64,000 nt of DNA, from positions 20,564 to 84,563 of the forward strand of contig CBFIJD010000009.1 of assembly GCA_965662845.1 (NCBI GenBank), given 5' to 3'. The stretch comes from an uncultured bacterium. GTDB lineage: Bacteria > SAR324 > NAC60-12. Positions 9,418-18,590 of the stretch are shown here, piece after piece. The position numbers were made by a program, and so were the translations under genes. The notes under the pieces are model-generated. The model had not been told where the DNA came from. It was given only the letters and a program-made list of their open reading frames with translations, and did not search any database. Each line of letters opens with the position of its first letter. Within the stretch, counting starts at the first letter, position 1.

Positions 9418-11925
9418 TTAGCTGAGGATTTCTTTGAACGAGACAATTTCTTTACGGAGGGCATAGACAATGGTCGTGAGGGCGATGCTGCGCGAGTAAT
9501 TGTAGCGCTGGTGCATGTTGGTGATGATGCTTTCGACAAGGTTTTGCACCGCAGGTTCGTAGTTTTTGTAGAGATCGAGATCGTTCAATTTGTGGAAGAA
9601 GGCGTTGTGCAAGACTTCGGGGTTGATGTCATCTTCCATTTTTCGGTGTGACAGCGCGCGGGCATATTCTTGAGCGAAGCATCCGAGCAAGTTGTCATGA
9701 CGCGAGTTGATGATCGCTCGGTTGGGCTCTAGGACGAGGTCACCGCTGGACTGCAAATCGAGAAATTTCTGGGCCATCTCTTGGCGGAACAGCTCGTTGT
9801 CTCCCTCGGGTTGCAGCACTTCTTCCATTGACTCCATGTAGTTGAAGTCGGGCTCTTCGACTTTCTGTCCATTGGCGGGGTCAATGAAGCTGAACTTGGG
9901 AATCATCACATGCGCGAAGGCTTTGTTGCGTTGGGCGCGAGCCAGCAGGGCGTATTGCAGATATCGGCGGAGATCGGCTTCAATTTGTTTGGGGTCTCTG
10001 TCGACGGTACACACGGTGATTTCACGGCGAATGATGCTGAAGTAGAGGAATTTCACGACACTGACGAGCCCCTGATAGTCGCCGTAGTCTCCTTCGCCCT
10101 CCTCCAGGTCCCAGCGGTCAATTCTGCGCTCCATCAGCGGCTTGCGCTTGCGAGTGTAGCGGGTGTCAATTTCGAGCCAGTGATGCAGATCGGGCCCTTC
10201 TGAGATAATGCGTTTGAGTTGGCTGAGAAAAATGCCGACATGCACTTTGAGGCCGTCGGAACCGGCGACGGTATTTCGCATGACGTTTTGCAGTTGACGA
10301 ATGGAGATGCCGTTGCGGCCTTCGTTGGGATAGTGCTCTTTCCACAGCTCGCGCATGAATTCGTCGTCAATGAGGCGCAGCTCTTCTTCGTCGAAGAGCC
10401 CAGAGTCTCGCAAGGAGACCGCTTCGGGGTGGTGCGCGATGCGGTCGCGAAAGCTGCTCTCGTCGTGAAGTTGGAGCCCGACCCGCAGCGCCTCGTTGCG
10501 GAAGGGGTGCCAGTGTGGCAGCTTTTTGATCGTGTTGACGGGGTCTTCTGCGAGCGCGGAATAAATGAACAATTTCTGCTCAGGCGTAATGCTGAGATAA
10601 AGATCGATTTTGCGCTGGGGCCATGAGACTGGAAACCGTTTGCGCATCGGAGGTAGGAGGCGCGTCATCACAGAGTAGTACGACGCGACGCGCAGCAGGT
10701 TAGGATCGACGTCGTACTTCTCGCGCATGTTGGAGAGGTCGCGGCGCAAGATGTCGGTCTCAGAACTCGCGTCGAGGAGATAATTGACCGGTACTTTTTC
10801 GATGCGATCCAACAGCTTGGAAGAGGTCAGTTGATGGTCGAGAAGCTCCATCTCTTCGATGTTCGTGGTGAGGATCACCGTGCTATCGACCGCTGTTTGG
10901 GTCGATTCGATGGAGACTCGTCCGCTGCCGAGCAGCATCAACAGCGGCTTGTAGTCGCTCTCACGGATGCGCTCGCCGCTGACTCCAAACGCGTCGTGAA
11001 TGTGCAAAATGCCCCGATTGGCTCCGACAATGGAGCCCTCGTAGTGTTTCAGCGTTTTTCCAGGCAAGTGCTCATTAACAATCGCCATATCTTCGCTGTT
11101 CAGGTCGAAGGGGCTGACGTTGACCCGCAGGTGCTGCATGTCGTCAATATTCGAGATGCCCTTGGCTTGGGCGCCCGAGAACTCAATCTCTTCAATGCGC
11201 ACATATTCTTCTAGCAGCTCATAGAGCGTCAGGCCTTTGTTCTTGGGGTGGTTGATGAGTTCTTCCAAGATCTCGAGCGTCTTCTTGTCAAGGTTGGCGT
11301 TTTGATAAAAGGCGGGGATCATCAGATGCGCGCCGGAGTTTCGTTGCTGATTCAAATAATCGAACAGCTCTTGGCGTGGTCGGATCAAGCTGCCATCGTC
11401 TTTTTGCAACAACGTTGGGAAGAGCAACAGAGGGTTGTGATGAAAGGCGGAGTGCACCTCTACACTGCGGGTCTTCTCTTGGTTTTGGAAGAAGAAGAAG
11501 AAGGAGTAGAGTTTGATCTTCGCTTGTTTGGTATATTCTTCCACCGCGCGAATGATGAGGTCTACGACGTTGGTTTTGCCGGAAGCAGGTGGGCCGACGA
11601 GGATGATGCCTCGGTTGGGGCCGACTTCTTTGTCTGCCGATTCGATGATGTCGAGCACCTGTTTGATGCAGAACTCTTGTCCAAACACGGCGTTGATGCC
11701 GTTGCTGAAGGGGTCTTTGAAGACGTTGTAGCTGATCACGGGTTCGCCGCTGCGCACAACGATGTCGTAGCCAAAGTATTTGATGGCCTCAGAGATGATC
11801 GAGGAAGAGGTCTGGAGGTGCGTTTGGGGGGCTCGCTGGAATTCGTCGACGAACTCCGAGAAGCGAAGCGTGTGTTTGCGCTGGTAGCCCAGTAATTCAC
11901 GAAGTTGTAACGGCAGCTCAGGCAT
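9418..11925 (-). CDS. prkA: PrkA family serine protein kinase (AAA+ N-domain plus PrkA C-domain)
   Basis: GIILVGPPASGKTNVVDLI Walker A in the position of Bacillus PrkA LLLMGPVSGGKST; operon with spoVR and DUF444. Start set at MPELPL (ATG 11925, AGGAGG 5 nt upstream) rather than the track TTG/ATG at 11991. Confidence 0.8.
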   Translation of the reverse strand: MPELPLQLRELLGYQRKHTLRFSEFVDEFQRAPQTHLQTSSSIISEAIKYFGYDIVVRSGEPVISYNVFKDPFSNGINAVFGQEFCIKQVLDIIESADKEVGPNRGIILVGPPASGKTNVVDLIIRAVEEYTKQAKIKLYSFFFFFQNQEKTRSVEVHSAFHHNPLLLFPTLLQKDDGSLIRPRQELFDYLNQQRNSGAHLMIPAFYQNANLDKKTLEILEELINHPKNKGLTLYELLEEYVRIEEIEFSGAQAKGISNIDDMQHLRVNVSPFDLNSEDMAIVNEHLPGKTLKHYEGSIVGANRGILHIHDAFGVSGERIRESDYKPLLMLLGSGRVSIESTQTAVDSTVILTTNIEEMELLDHQLTSSKLLDRIEKVPVNYLLDASSETDILRRDLSNMREKYDVDPNLLRVASYYSVMTRLLPPMRKRFPVSWPQRKIDLYLSITPEQKLFIYSALAEDPVNTIKKLPHWHPFRNEALRVGLQLHDESSFRDRIAHHPEAVSLRDSGLFDEEELRLIDDEFMRELWKEHYPNEGRNGISIRQLQNVMRNTVAGSDGLKVHVGIFLSQLKRIISEGPDLHHWLEIDTRYTRKRKPLMERRIDRWDLEEGEGDYGDYQGLVSVVKFLYFSIIRREITVCTVDRDPKQIEADLRRYLQYALLARAQRNKAFAHVMIPKFSFIDPANGQKVEEPDFNYMESMEEVLQPEGDNELFRQEMAQKFLDLQSSGDLVLEPNRAIINSRHDNLLGCFAQEYARALSHRKMEDDINPEVLHNAFFHKLNDLDLYKNYEPAVQNLVESIITNMHQRYNYSRSIALTTIVYALRKEIVSFKEILS
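11488..11502. repeat. (GAA)5 trinucleotide repeat inside prkA encoding FFFFF
   Basis: gaagaagaagaagaa on plus strand; in-frame Phe5 run in PrkA. Confidence 0.8.
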
Positions 11926-11938
11926 GGGAACCTCCTGT

Positions 11939-13558
11939 TCAAATGCGGAAGGGTTTCTCCGAATTGCGCATACGCTCCAAGATGCTTTCAAACCGTACGG
12001 CGGTCACGACAGTTTCCTTGAAGAGATTCGCTGAGAAGGAATAAAGCCAGTTGCGCGACACCAGATAGACCGGCGCTTTCCAAATCATATTGAGGTTCTT
12101 CAGCGTCGGCTTGATCCAGTCTTTGCGCAAACGGCGACCATCATCACGGTGATACAGTAGCAAGCCGCCATCTTGGAAGTCAGTATCAATGATGTAAATA
12201 CGAGGGCGATAAAAGTGGGTGAAGAAGTTCAACATCTCGCCTTTGATCGGCTCAGGATCGATCCACACAAACTGTCGGTCTTCTTGCACGACGCTGTCTG
12301 GTGGAATGCGGAGGCGTTGGGCCTCGCGCTTGTGGAAGCGGTTCAGGTGAAACTCGTGAATCAGCTCGGGAGTCAAGAAGCGACGCAGAAACTCGTAGTC
12401 GGTTACTGTGCGAACCAGATGCTCCATATTTTTGATCGGGGCGTTGGAGCCATTGCGCTGCCAGTTGTCTTTGACCTCTTGGTTGGTCTCTTCAACGTAC
12501 TCAAGGCTCACTTTGCCGTCTCGGTACAGCTCTTCGATGTGGTTCCACATGTAGAACCCGAGATGATACGGGTTGCGCTGATAGTAAGGTCGTGGATAGC
12601 AGACTCCTGAGAACACCCGCGAGTAGTCGATGATACCTTTGACGGCTTTTTCTTTGAAGAGTTCGAGCATGATCTTCTTTTCCCAATACATCGCCCAGCC
12701 TTCGTTCATGATCTGTGTGCGGATCACAAAGTCGTGCGTAGAGTGGACGGCATACATGTAGTCCAGCAACACTTTCTCGCTGCGACTGGTGGGGGCGTGA
12801 TTTTTGAGAAATCCCAAAATGTCTTGGCAAGGCGCCTTGAGTTTGTAACCTCGACGACTCAGCGTCTCTTGACGCATTTTGGTTTGCATCTCGCGTTGCC
12901 ACGTCGTTTCGGGGCTGACCGAGTGGAGCAACGAATCCAAGGTAGAAGAAGAGGGAGAGAAGAGCGACGGAGTCTTCTCTTCGGGCACGTGCGTGTCGGT
13001 CTCTTGTTGGTGAGTGGTCTCGGTTTCAACGGAGCGAGCAAGGTTGAACTGCGAGTGGGGTGAAATGAGCGGGACGATGGATTCACAAGCGTTCCAAAAC
13101 TGTGAGTAGTGAATCTCGCCCATTTGTTGCCGCGCGCGCTCAGCTTGCCGCACCAAATACATCACCGTCTCGGTGCGATCGGAGGTTGAGTCTTTGAGGA
13201 CGTTCAACTCTGAAAATTCACAGTGTCCGACGACGTGAGCCATGACGGAGGCCTGCATCATCGGAGAGTTCGTGCTGTTCAGATAGGCGTAGGAGGGATT
13301 GCCTGTCTGCACCACCTCATAATAGATGCTGGATTCCTGCCCTGACTCCACCCGATATTTGCGGGTGACCATGCGTTTGCCTTCCCAAATATTCAGGGGG
13401 CTAGTGGGGTATACATATTTCTCAAGCAACGACATGAACTCCAAGCCGTCGAGAATGAAAAAGCGCATCTCTGGCAAAGTGCGCCCAAACGCGTTCGCGT
13501 GGTGGACGACGCGCTGCTCAAGAGCGTGGAGTTCCGGATCAGTTTGCACACTGCGCAT
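11939..13558 (-). CDS. spoVR: SpoVR family protein (YcgB-like)
   Basis: SIYYEVVQTGNPSYAYLNSTNSPMMQASVMAHVVGHCEFS aligns with B. subtilis SpoVR [20 protein letters not shown]...AHVLAHCDFF; 539 aa. Confidence 0.85.
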   Translation of the reverse strand: MRSVQTDPELHALEQRVVHHANAFGRTLPEMRFFILDGLEFMSLLEKYVYPTSPLNIWEGKRMVTRKYRVESGQESSIYYEVVQTGNPSYAYLNSTNSPMMQASVMAHVVGHCEFSELNVLKDSTSDRTETVMYLVRQAERARQQMGEIHYSQFWNACESIVPLISPHSQFNLARSVETETTHQQETDTHVPEEKTPSLFSPSSSTLDSLLHSVSPETTWQREMQTKMRQETLSRRGYKLKAPCQDILGFLKNHAPTSRSEKVLLDYMYAVHSTHDFVIRTQIMNEGWAMYWEKKIMLELFKEKAVKGIIDYSRVFSGVCYPRPYYQRNPYHLGFYMWNHIEELYRDGKVSLEYVEETNQEVKDNWQRNGSNAPIKNMEHLVRTVTDYEFLRRFLTPELIHEFHLNRFHKREAQRLRIPPDSVVQEDRQFVWIDPEPIKGEMLNFFTHFYRPRIYIIDTDFQDGGLLLYHRDDGRRLRKDWIKPTLKNLNMIWKAPVYLVSRNWLYSFSANLFKETVVTAVRFESILERMRNSEKPFRI

Positions 13559-13573
13559 AGGGCTACCGTGGGA

Positions 13574-14638
13574 TCAGTGATCAGAGAATAAGGTTTTGAT
13601 GACTTCAATCGTCTCGAGTTTGTCATTGAGCTCTCCGAGGCGAATGATGGAGTCGCGATAGAATTGCGTGGCCACCTGCCGGTTCAGCAAGCTCAGGCGC
13701 CCTGGTTGAACCTCGATAATCCCGATGCGATTGAAGATCGGGCGCATGTTCTCTTCCAAAATGCGCACAATCTCTTTGGCGTCATCATCAAACAGCTCGC
13801 CATCGCCGAAATAAAAGCCGTAGAAGTTTGTTGCAGCCGGGTCATATTCGTTGGTCGCAATTTGATGCACCAGCTGATAGACCGGCGCGGCATGGGTGCC
13901 ACCGGAGTTGCCTACTTGGTAAAACTCGTCGCCTTGCACTTCATACGCGTCGGCGTCATGCACAAAAAAACGATGCTCAACATTCTTGGGCCCATAATTA
14001 AAATCGATCCAATTTTGAATGAAGTTGACCAGCCGTTTCTCTAAGCGCAGGCGCTCGCCATACGTCGAGTACGAGATGTCTCCCATGTAAAAGACAACGG
14101 CTTTGAACTTGGGCTTCTCTACGCGCTCAGGGACTTTGTAGCGCCGATCTCGCCGCATGATTTGGAAGTCGTAGCGTCCTTGCTGCGGTGCGTAGACTTG
14201 CATGCCGATGCTGGTGCGCAGCGCTCGCTTAAAGGTGCGCTTTTTGTCCAGAACGATCCCGGAAGGCGCGAAGGTCTTGAACTCGTAGGAGACCTCTTTG
14301 ATTTTGCCGCGTCCCATTTTGGTTAGATTAGGCAAGCGCAGAGACTGCGCAACCCGCTCCATCAAAAATTGGAAGGGCACATTGAAGCGAATTTTTCCTC
14401 CGCCGCTGCCCGGACCGGCTCCTCCGGCTCCCCCACCTCCGTCCGATTCGTCGCCGTAAACAAAGGTTGGCGCAACGATGTCGTCAATCTCAACCAGAAC
14501 ATCGCTGCCTCGCTCTCCAAAGTTCTCCAGGTCTCCTTCGGTGAGGATCGTGTCAACGAGATTTTCTAGCTGTTCTTCGATGAACTCATTAAACGCGCCT
14601 TCTGACTCGCCTGAGTTGATGTGATCCGTTGCGTTCAT
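13574..14638 (-). CDS. yeaH: YeaH/YhbH family protein (DUF444, vWA-like)
   Basis: Gly-rich N-terminal tract DGGGGAGGAGPGSGGG and conserved FFVHDADAYEV region; constant partner of PrkA/SpoVR. Confidence 0.85.
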   Translation of the reverse strand: MNATDHINSGESEGAFNEFIEEQLENLVDTILTEGDLENFGERGSDVLVEIDDIVAPTFVYGDESDGGGGAGGAGPGSGGGKIRFNVPFQFLMERVAQSLRLPNLTKMGRGKIKEVSYEFKTFAPSGIVLDKKRTFKRALRTSIGMQVYAPQQGRYDFQIMRRDRRYKVPERVEKPKFKAVVFYMGDISYSTYGERLRLEKRLVNFIQNWIDFNYGPKNVEHRFFVHDADAYEVQGDEFYQVGNSGGTHAAPVYQLVHQIATNEYDPAATNFYGFYFGDGELFDDDAKEIVRILEENMRPIFNRIGIIEVQPGRLSLLNRQVATQFYRDSIIRLGELNDKLETIEVIKTLFSDH

Positions 14639-14825
14639 GCTAAATTTTTGGCGTTGTGCGTAGGTTTACAGCATTGAATGTGATCCACTTGCATCCTTCT
14701 AGGGCTAGAACATCTGTCACAGGGAAGCAATAGCTTTCGACAAAAAAACGTCCACAGAATCAAAGGCAGCTTGGAAAATTTCTGTTTTGATTTCAGAGGG
14801 TTGCTCAGGAAAGAGGACAGCGATT

Positions 14826-15557
14826 TTAGCGAGGGCTCTTTTCTGCGTTGGACAGTTGCCACGAGCGTAAAGCGAGCAAAAGTCCGGTCGGTTCGCGTTC
14901 ATGGGGTGGGAGCGCTGCGTCGATTTCCTGCAATTCGTGCAGACGTTGCATAAGGCGATCCAGTTCGCGCAGCAACAGGCGACGGGATTCGGGAGAAAGT
15001 TGGGGATTCGCGAAGCACCAGCGGTCATCGGCCTGCGAAAAGGAGCCGCTGAAGAAGTCTTTCAGCGCCGTTTTGCCATGCAGCTGCCAGAGAGGGCTCT
15101 CGGCTTGCCAGAGCAAACTGCGGTCAATGCAAAGTCGGACACGATCTTCGGGCAGCCACTCGATCAGGCCCAGCTGCTCCAGCTCGTGGAGGTTCCGGCG
15201 GATCTCTCCAGCCGTGAAGGAAAACTCTTCGACAATCGCAGGGACAGCCCACCCGTTGCAGAGCAGCAACAACAACAACATGAGCTGTGGTCGACAGGCC
15301 AGCTCTTGTTGTTGACGTTCGCTAAAGCCGGAGACCGCCGGGAGCCGTTCGCGGCTCATCTTGACCAAGTCATAGAGTTCGAGCCCCAAGACCCCACAAA
15401 TCTTTTCCAGACGCTTGAGGCTGAGAGATTGATCGGAAAACAGTCGCTTCACGCTGGACTCGCTCAATTTGAGGCGTTGGCCCAAGCTGCGATACGTAAT
15501 GCCTTTGATCTTCAGGTAGTGCTTGAGCGTCTCCAGTAGGCGGGCTGTCTGCGTCAT
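14826..15557 (-). CDS. XRE-family helix-turn-helix transcriptional regulator with uncharacterised C-terminal domain
   Basis: N-terminal Cro/C1-type HTH (ITYRSLGQRLKLSESSVKRLF); Leu-run LLLLLL from (CAA/TTG)n repeat; 243 aa. Confidence 0.6.
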   Translation of the reverse strand: MTQTARLLETLKHYLKIKGITYRSLGQRLKLSESSVKRLFSDQSLSLKRLEKICGVLGLELYDLVKMSRERLPAVSGFSERQQQELACRPQLMLLLLLLCNGWAVPAIVEEFSFTAGEIRRNLHELEQLGLIEWLPEDRVRLCIDRSLLWQAESPLWQLHGKTALKDFFSGSFSQADDRWCFANPQLSPESRRLLLRELDRLMQRLHELQEIDAALPPHEREPTGLLLALRSWQLSNAEKSPR

Positions 15558-15722
15558 AGCTTTCTGATACTACGAGTGCTGGAAAATAAGACTTTGAGAA
15601 TTCTACTTTTCATCGGGAGTGACGCTCGTTAGGATGCGTCGCAATTTTGGTTTCTTTCTTGAAGACCTCATCTGCGAAGGTTTTTCCTTCCCCCGCCCCC
15701 TCTAGGGAGAAGGAACAGGCAA

Positions 15723-15737
15723 CATCGGACACCGATG
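15723..15737. promoter_or_regulatory. Perfect palindrome CATCGG-aca-CCGATG in divergent regulator/NMO intergenic region
   Basis: Read directly; 6-bp arms, 3-nt spacer, between the XRE regulator (start 15557) and NMO gene (start 15852). Confidence 0.4.
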
Positions 15738-15851
15738 TCTTTTCCGAGATCTTCTTCCGCTTCGTTCCGCACTTCGCTATTCACTTTCTGGCCCCAAGCG
15801 CGCGATCGCAGCATTTCCCACCACAGCGTGAAAAAAATTGGAGAACAGCAC

Positions 15852-17141
15852 ATGACGAAAATGGTTGACGATTTCCGTTGGACTTTAGGCAAGCGCGAAA
15901 TAGTCCCAATCATCACAGGCGGCATGGGAGTAGACATCTCCACCGCAGCCCTAGCCTTAGAAGCCGCTCGCTTGGGCGGAATTGGGCATATCTCTGACGC
16001 GATGGTCCCAACTGTAACAGATCGTCGATACCAAACGCGTTTTGTTCAGGAGAAGTACCAGAAGTACAAATACAACGTCAACAATACGGAAAAATCTGAA
16101 GTGCAGTTTGATACTGATCAGGTAAAAGAAGCTGCGCGTCTGCACTCTAGCCGCACGATGGAAGCGAAGAAGGGCAAAGGCATGATCTTCGTCAATTGCA
16201 TGGAAAAACTCTCCATGAACAACCCGCGAGAGACACTACGTGCGCGCCTCGAAGGGGCCATGGATGGGGGCATTGATGGCATCACACTCAGCGCCGGGTT
16301 GCACCTTGGGTCGTTTGGCCTCATCGCCGACCATCCTCGTTTCCGTGACACGATGCTCGGAATTATCGTCTCGTCGGTGCGAGCGTTGAAGCCGTTTCTG
16401 AAGCGCGCGTCGAAAGTCGACCGGATGCCCGACTTTATCGTCGTGGAAGGGCCTCTCGCTGGAGGACACTTAGGCTTCGGCATGGACTGGGCTCAATTTG
16501 ATTTGAAGACGATCTTCTGCGAGGTTCGAGACTTCCTCAAAGCGAACGATTTGAACATTCCCGTGATTCCTGCGGGAGGAATCTTCACCGGAACCGACGC
16601 GGTTGAATATCTGGAAGACGGCGCGGCAGCCGTACAAGTGGCGACTCGCTTTACGGTCTCCGAAGAGTGCGGTCTGACGCCCAAAGCCAAGCAGGCTTAC
16701 TTCGCCGCGCAAGAAGCAGATGTGGTCGTGAATCAAGTGTCTCCGACGGGCTATCCCATGCGCATGCTCACCAACTCACCGGGGATCAATCAAGGAATTC
16801 GTCCGAATTGTGAAGCCTTCGGTTACATCCTCGACAGCGATGGCCACTGCGGCTACGTCGAAGCGTACAACCGCGAGGTGGAGCGTGTGGCGCAAACGGG
16901 GGAAAAGCTGATCGTGAAAGACAAAACCTGCCTCTGCACGCAGATGCGTAATCACAAAATTTGGACGTGTGGCCACTACGTCTATCGTTTGAAAGACACG
17001 ACGCGTCAACTTCCAGACGGCTCCTACCAGCTGCTCAGCGCAGAGCACATCTTTCAGGACTACCAGTATAGTCGCGAACACGAGGTGAAGTTGCCCGAAC
17101 TAGCGCAGAAGACTCCCGAACTGGAGACCGCCGTCGCTTGA
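15852..17141 (+). CDS. Nitronate monooxygenase (NMO)/FabK-like FMN oxidoreductase with Cys-rich C-terminal extension
   Basis: IVPIITGGMGVDIS, VVEGPLAGGHLGF, IPAGGIFTG motifs; ATG at 15852 with GGAG RBS (track ORF begins upstream at 15735). C-terminus CLCTQMRNHKIWTCGHY. Confidence 0.75.
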   Translation: MTKMVDDFRWTLGKREIVPIITGGMGVDISTAALALEAARLGGIGHISDAMVPTVTDRRYQTRFVQEKYQKYKYNVNNTEKSEVQFDTDQVKEAARLHSSRTMEAKKGKGMIFVNCMEKLSMNNPRETLRARLEGAMDGGIDGITLSAGLHLGSFGLIADHPRFRDTMLGIIVSSVRALKPFLKRASKVDRMPDFIVVEGPLAGGHLGFGMDWAQFDLKTIFCEVRDFLKANDLNIPVIPAGGIFTGTDAVEYLEDGAAAVQVATRFTVSEECGLTPKAKQAYFAAQEADVVVNQVSPTGYPMRMLTNSPGINQGIRPNCEAFGYILDSDGHCGYVEAYNREVERVAQTGEKLIVKDKTCLCTQMRNHKIWTCGHYVYRLKDTTRQLPDGSYQLLSAEHIFQDYQYSREHEVKLPELAQKTPELETAVA

Positions 17142-17151
17142 TTTGGAGAGG

Positions 17152-17178
17152 GGCTGCCCAAAAAGCAGCCTCTGTTTG
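17152..17178. terminator. Hairpin between convergent NMO and phoH-like genes
   Basis: gaggggctgc-ccaaaaa-gcagcctct imperfect inverted repeat followed by gtttggtttg. Confidence 0.4.
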
Positions 17179-17200
17179 GTTTGCCCTTCCCTGATGCCCG

Positions 17201-18511
17201 CTACAAGACGTTCGCCGCTAAGTCTGCCAGAGGCGACCGCTCCCCGTACAACAAAGTCACGTGTCCTGCCAAAGAATACGGCTTCAGCCGCTCGACTAAG
17301 GTGTTTAAGCCGTTTGATCCCTGATTCACATAAGGATTGTCGATTTGATGTGGGTCTCCCGTGAGCACAATTTTGGTGTCTTCTCCTGCGCGTGTAACGA
17401 TCGTTTTCATCTCGTGAGGCGTGAGGTTTTGTGCTTCGTCAACAATCATATATTGATGCGGGATGCTGCGTCCTCGAATGTAGGTTAACGGTTCCACAGT
17501 GATAAAGCCTTGGTCCATCAGCTCTTGGTAGCCTTTGGTGGTTCCTTTGCGACCGGAGCTGCTGATGAGCAGCTCCAAATTGTCAAAAATGGGCTGCATC
17601 CAGGGGTCTAGCTTTTCATTCAAATCGCCAGGCAGATAGCCGATGTCGCGCCCCATGGGAAAAATTGGACGAGAAACGAGCATACGAGTATAGCGATTTT
17701 CCATCAACATCAGGTGCAGGCCGACGGCAAGCGCCAACAGGGTTTTCCCGGTCCCAGCCTTGCCGTTCAGAGTGACGATGGGAATCTCTGGGTCGAGCAG
17801 CAGTTCGAGGGCGAGGTGTTGTTCTGGATTTCGCGGAATGATGCCCCACACGCCTTCATCATGCATGAATGGTCGCAAGTGCCCGATTCCGTGATCATAA
17901 ATCGCCATTTCGGTGTCGTGCTCGTCTTCTTCATTGGTGATCAGCACGCCTTCATTGGGGAGCCATTCAATCTCACGGTTCAAGATGTGTCGGTCACGAA
18001 AATGCCGCAGGTCTGCGTTGCTGACGGTGACTCGATGGAGCCCGGCGTAGGGTTCGTCTTGCAGGCGGGCCCCGTCGTAGCTAATCGTCGGGATTTGCAG
18101 GACGTTGGCTTTCACACGGACGTTGGTGTCTTGCGTGACCAAAGTGACGTCGGTGCGCTGCTTCATCAGGTTGTAAGCGACCAGCAGCGTGCGATTGCAG
18201 GAACGCTCCAAGTCTAGCTCTTCGGGGAACTCCACCATGGTTGGGTTGCCCATTGGAATGAGCAGACGTCCCTCATTGGGGAGGTTGATGCCTTCGGTAA
18301 GGTTTCCTTGTTGTCGATACTGATCCAAAATTTGCGAAACTGTGCGAGCGCTGTTGCCGGTGGCGCTCATCACACTTTTGAATTTGTCGATCTCTTCAAT
18401 CACATGTAGCGGCACCACGACATCCGCTCCGGGGAATGCATTCACGGACGCTGGATCGTAGAGCAGCACGTTGGTGTCGAGCACATAAAGGGGAGCTTGA
18501 GGTTCTTCCAT
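17201..18511 (-). CDS. PhoH2-type protein: N-terminal PIN domain fused to PhoH-like ATPase
   Basis: LYVLDTNVLLYDP PIN start; GKAGTGKTLLALAVGL Walker A; 436 aa. Confidence 0.8.
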   Translation of the reverse strand: MEEPQAPLYVLDTNVLLYDPASVNAFPGADVVVPLHVIEEIDKFKSVMSATGNSARTVSQILDQYRQQGNLTEGINLPNEGRLLIPMGNPTMVEFPEELDLERSCNRTLLVAYNLMKQRTDVTLVTQDTNVRVKANVLQIPTISYDGARLQDEPYAGLHRVTVSNADLRHFRDRHILNREIEWLPNEGVLITNEEDEHDTEMAIYDHGIGHLRPFMHDEGVWGIIPRNPEQHLALELLLDPEIPIVTLNGKAGTGKTLLALAVGLHLMLMENRYTRMLVSRPIFPMGRDIGYLPGDLNEKLDPWMQPIFDNLELLISSSGRKGTTKGYQELMDQGFITVEPLTYIRGRSIPHQYMIVDEAQNLTPHEMKTIVTRAGEDTKIVLTGDPHQIDNPYVNQGSNGLNTLVERLKPYSLAGHVTLLYGERSPLADLAANVL

Positions 18512-18590
18512 GAGGGGGAGACAAGGAAAGGGTGAAGGCGCCTGTGTGCTAGCTTGAGCTTTCGCAAAAGATCGCTACAGTGAGCCGTTT

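Noticed and set aside
14780-14830. Possible sigma-54 (-24/-12) promoter upstream of yeaH
   Set aside because: TGGCAA-ctgtc-CAACG on the minus strand lacks the TTGC -12 element and correct GG-N10-GC spacing.
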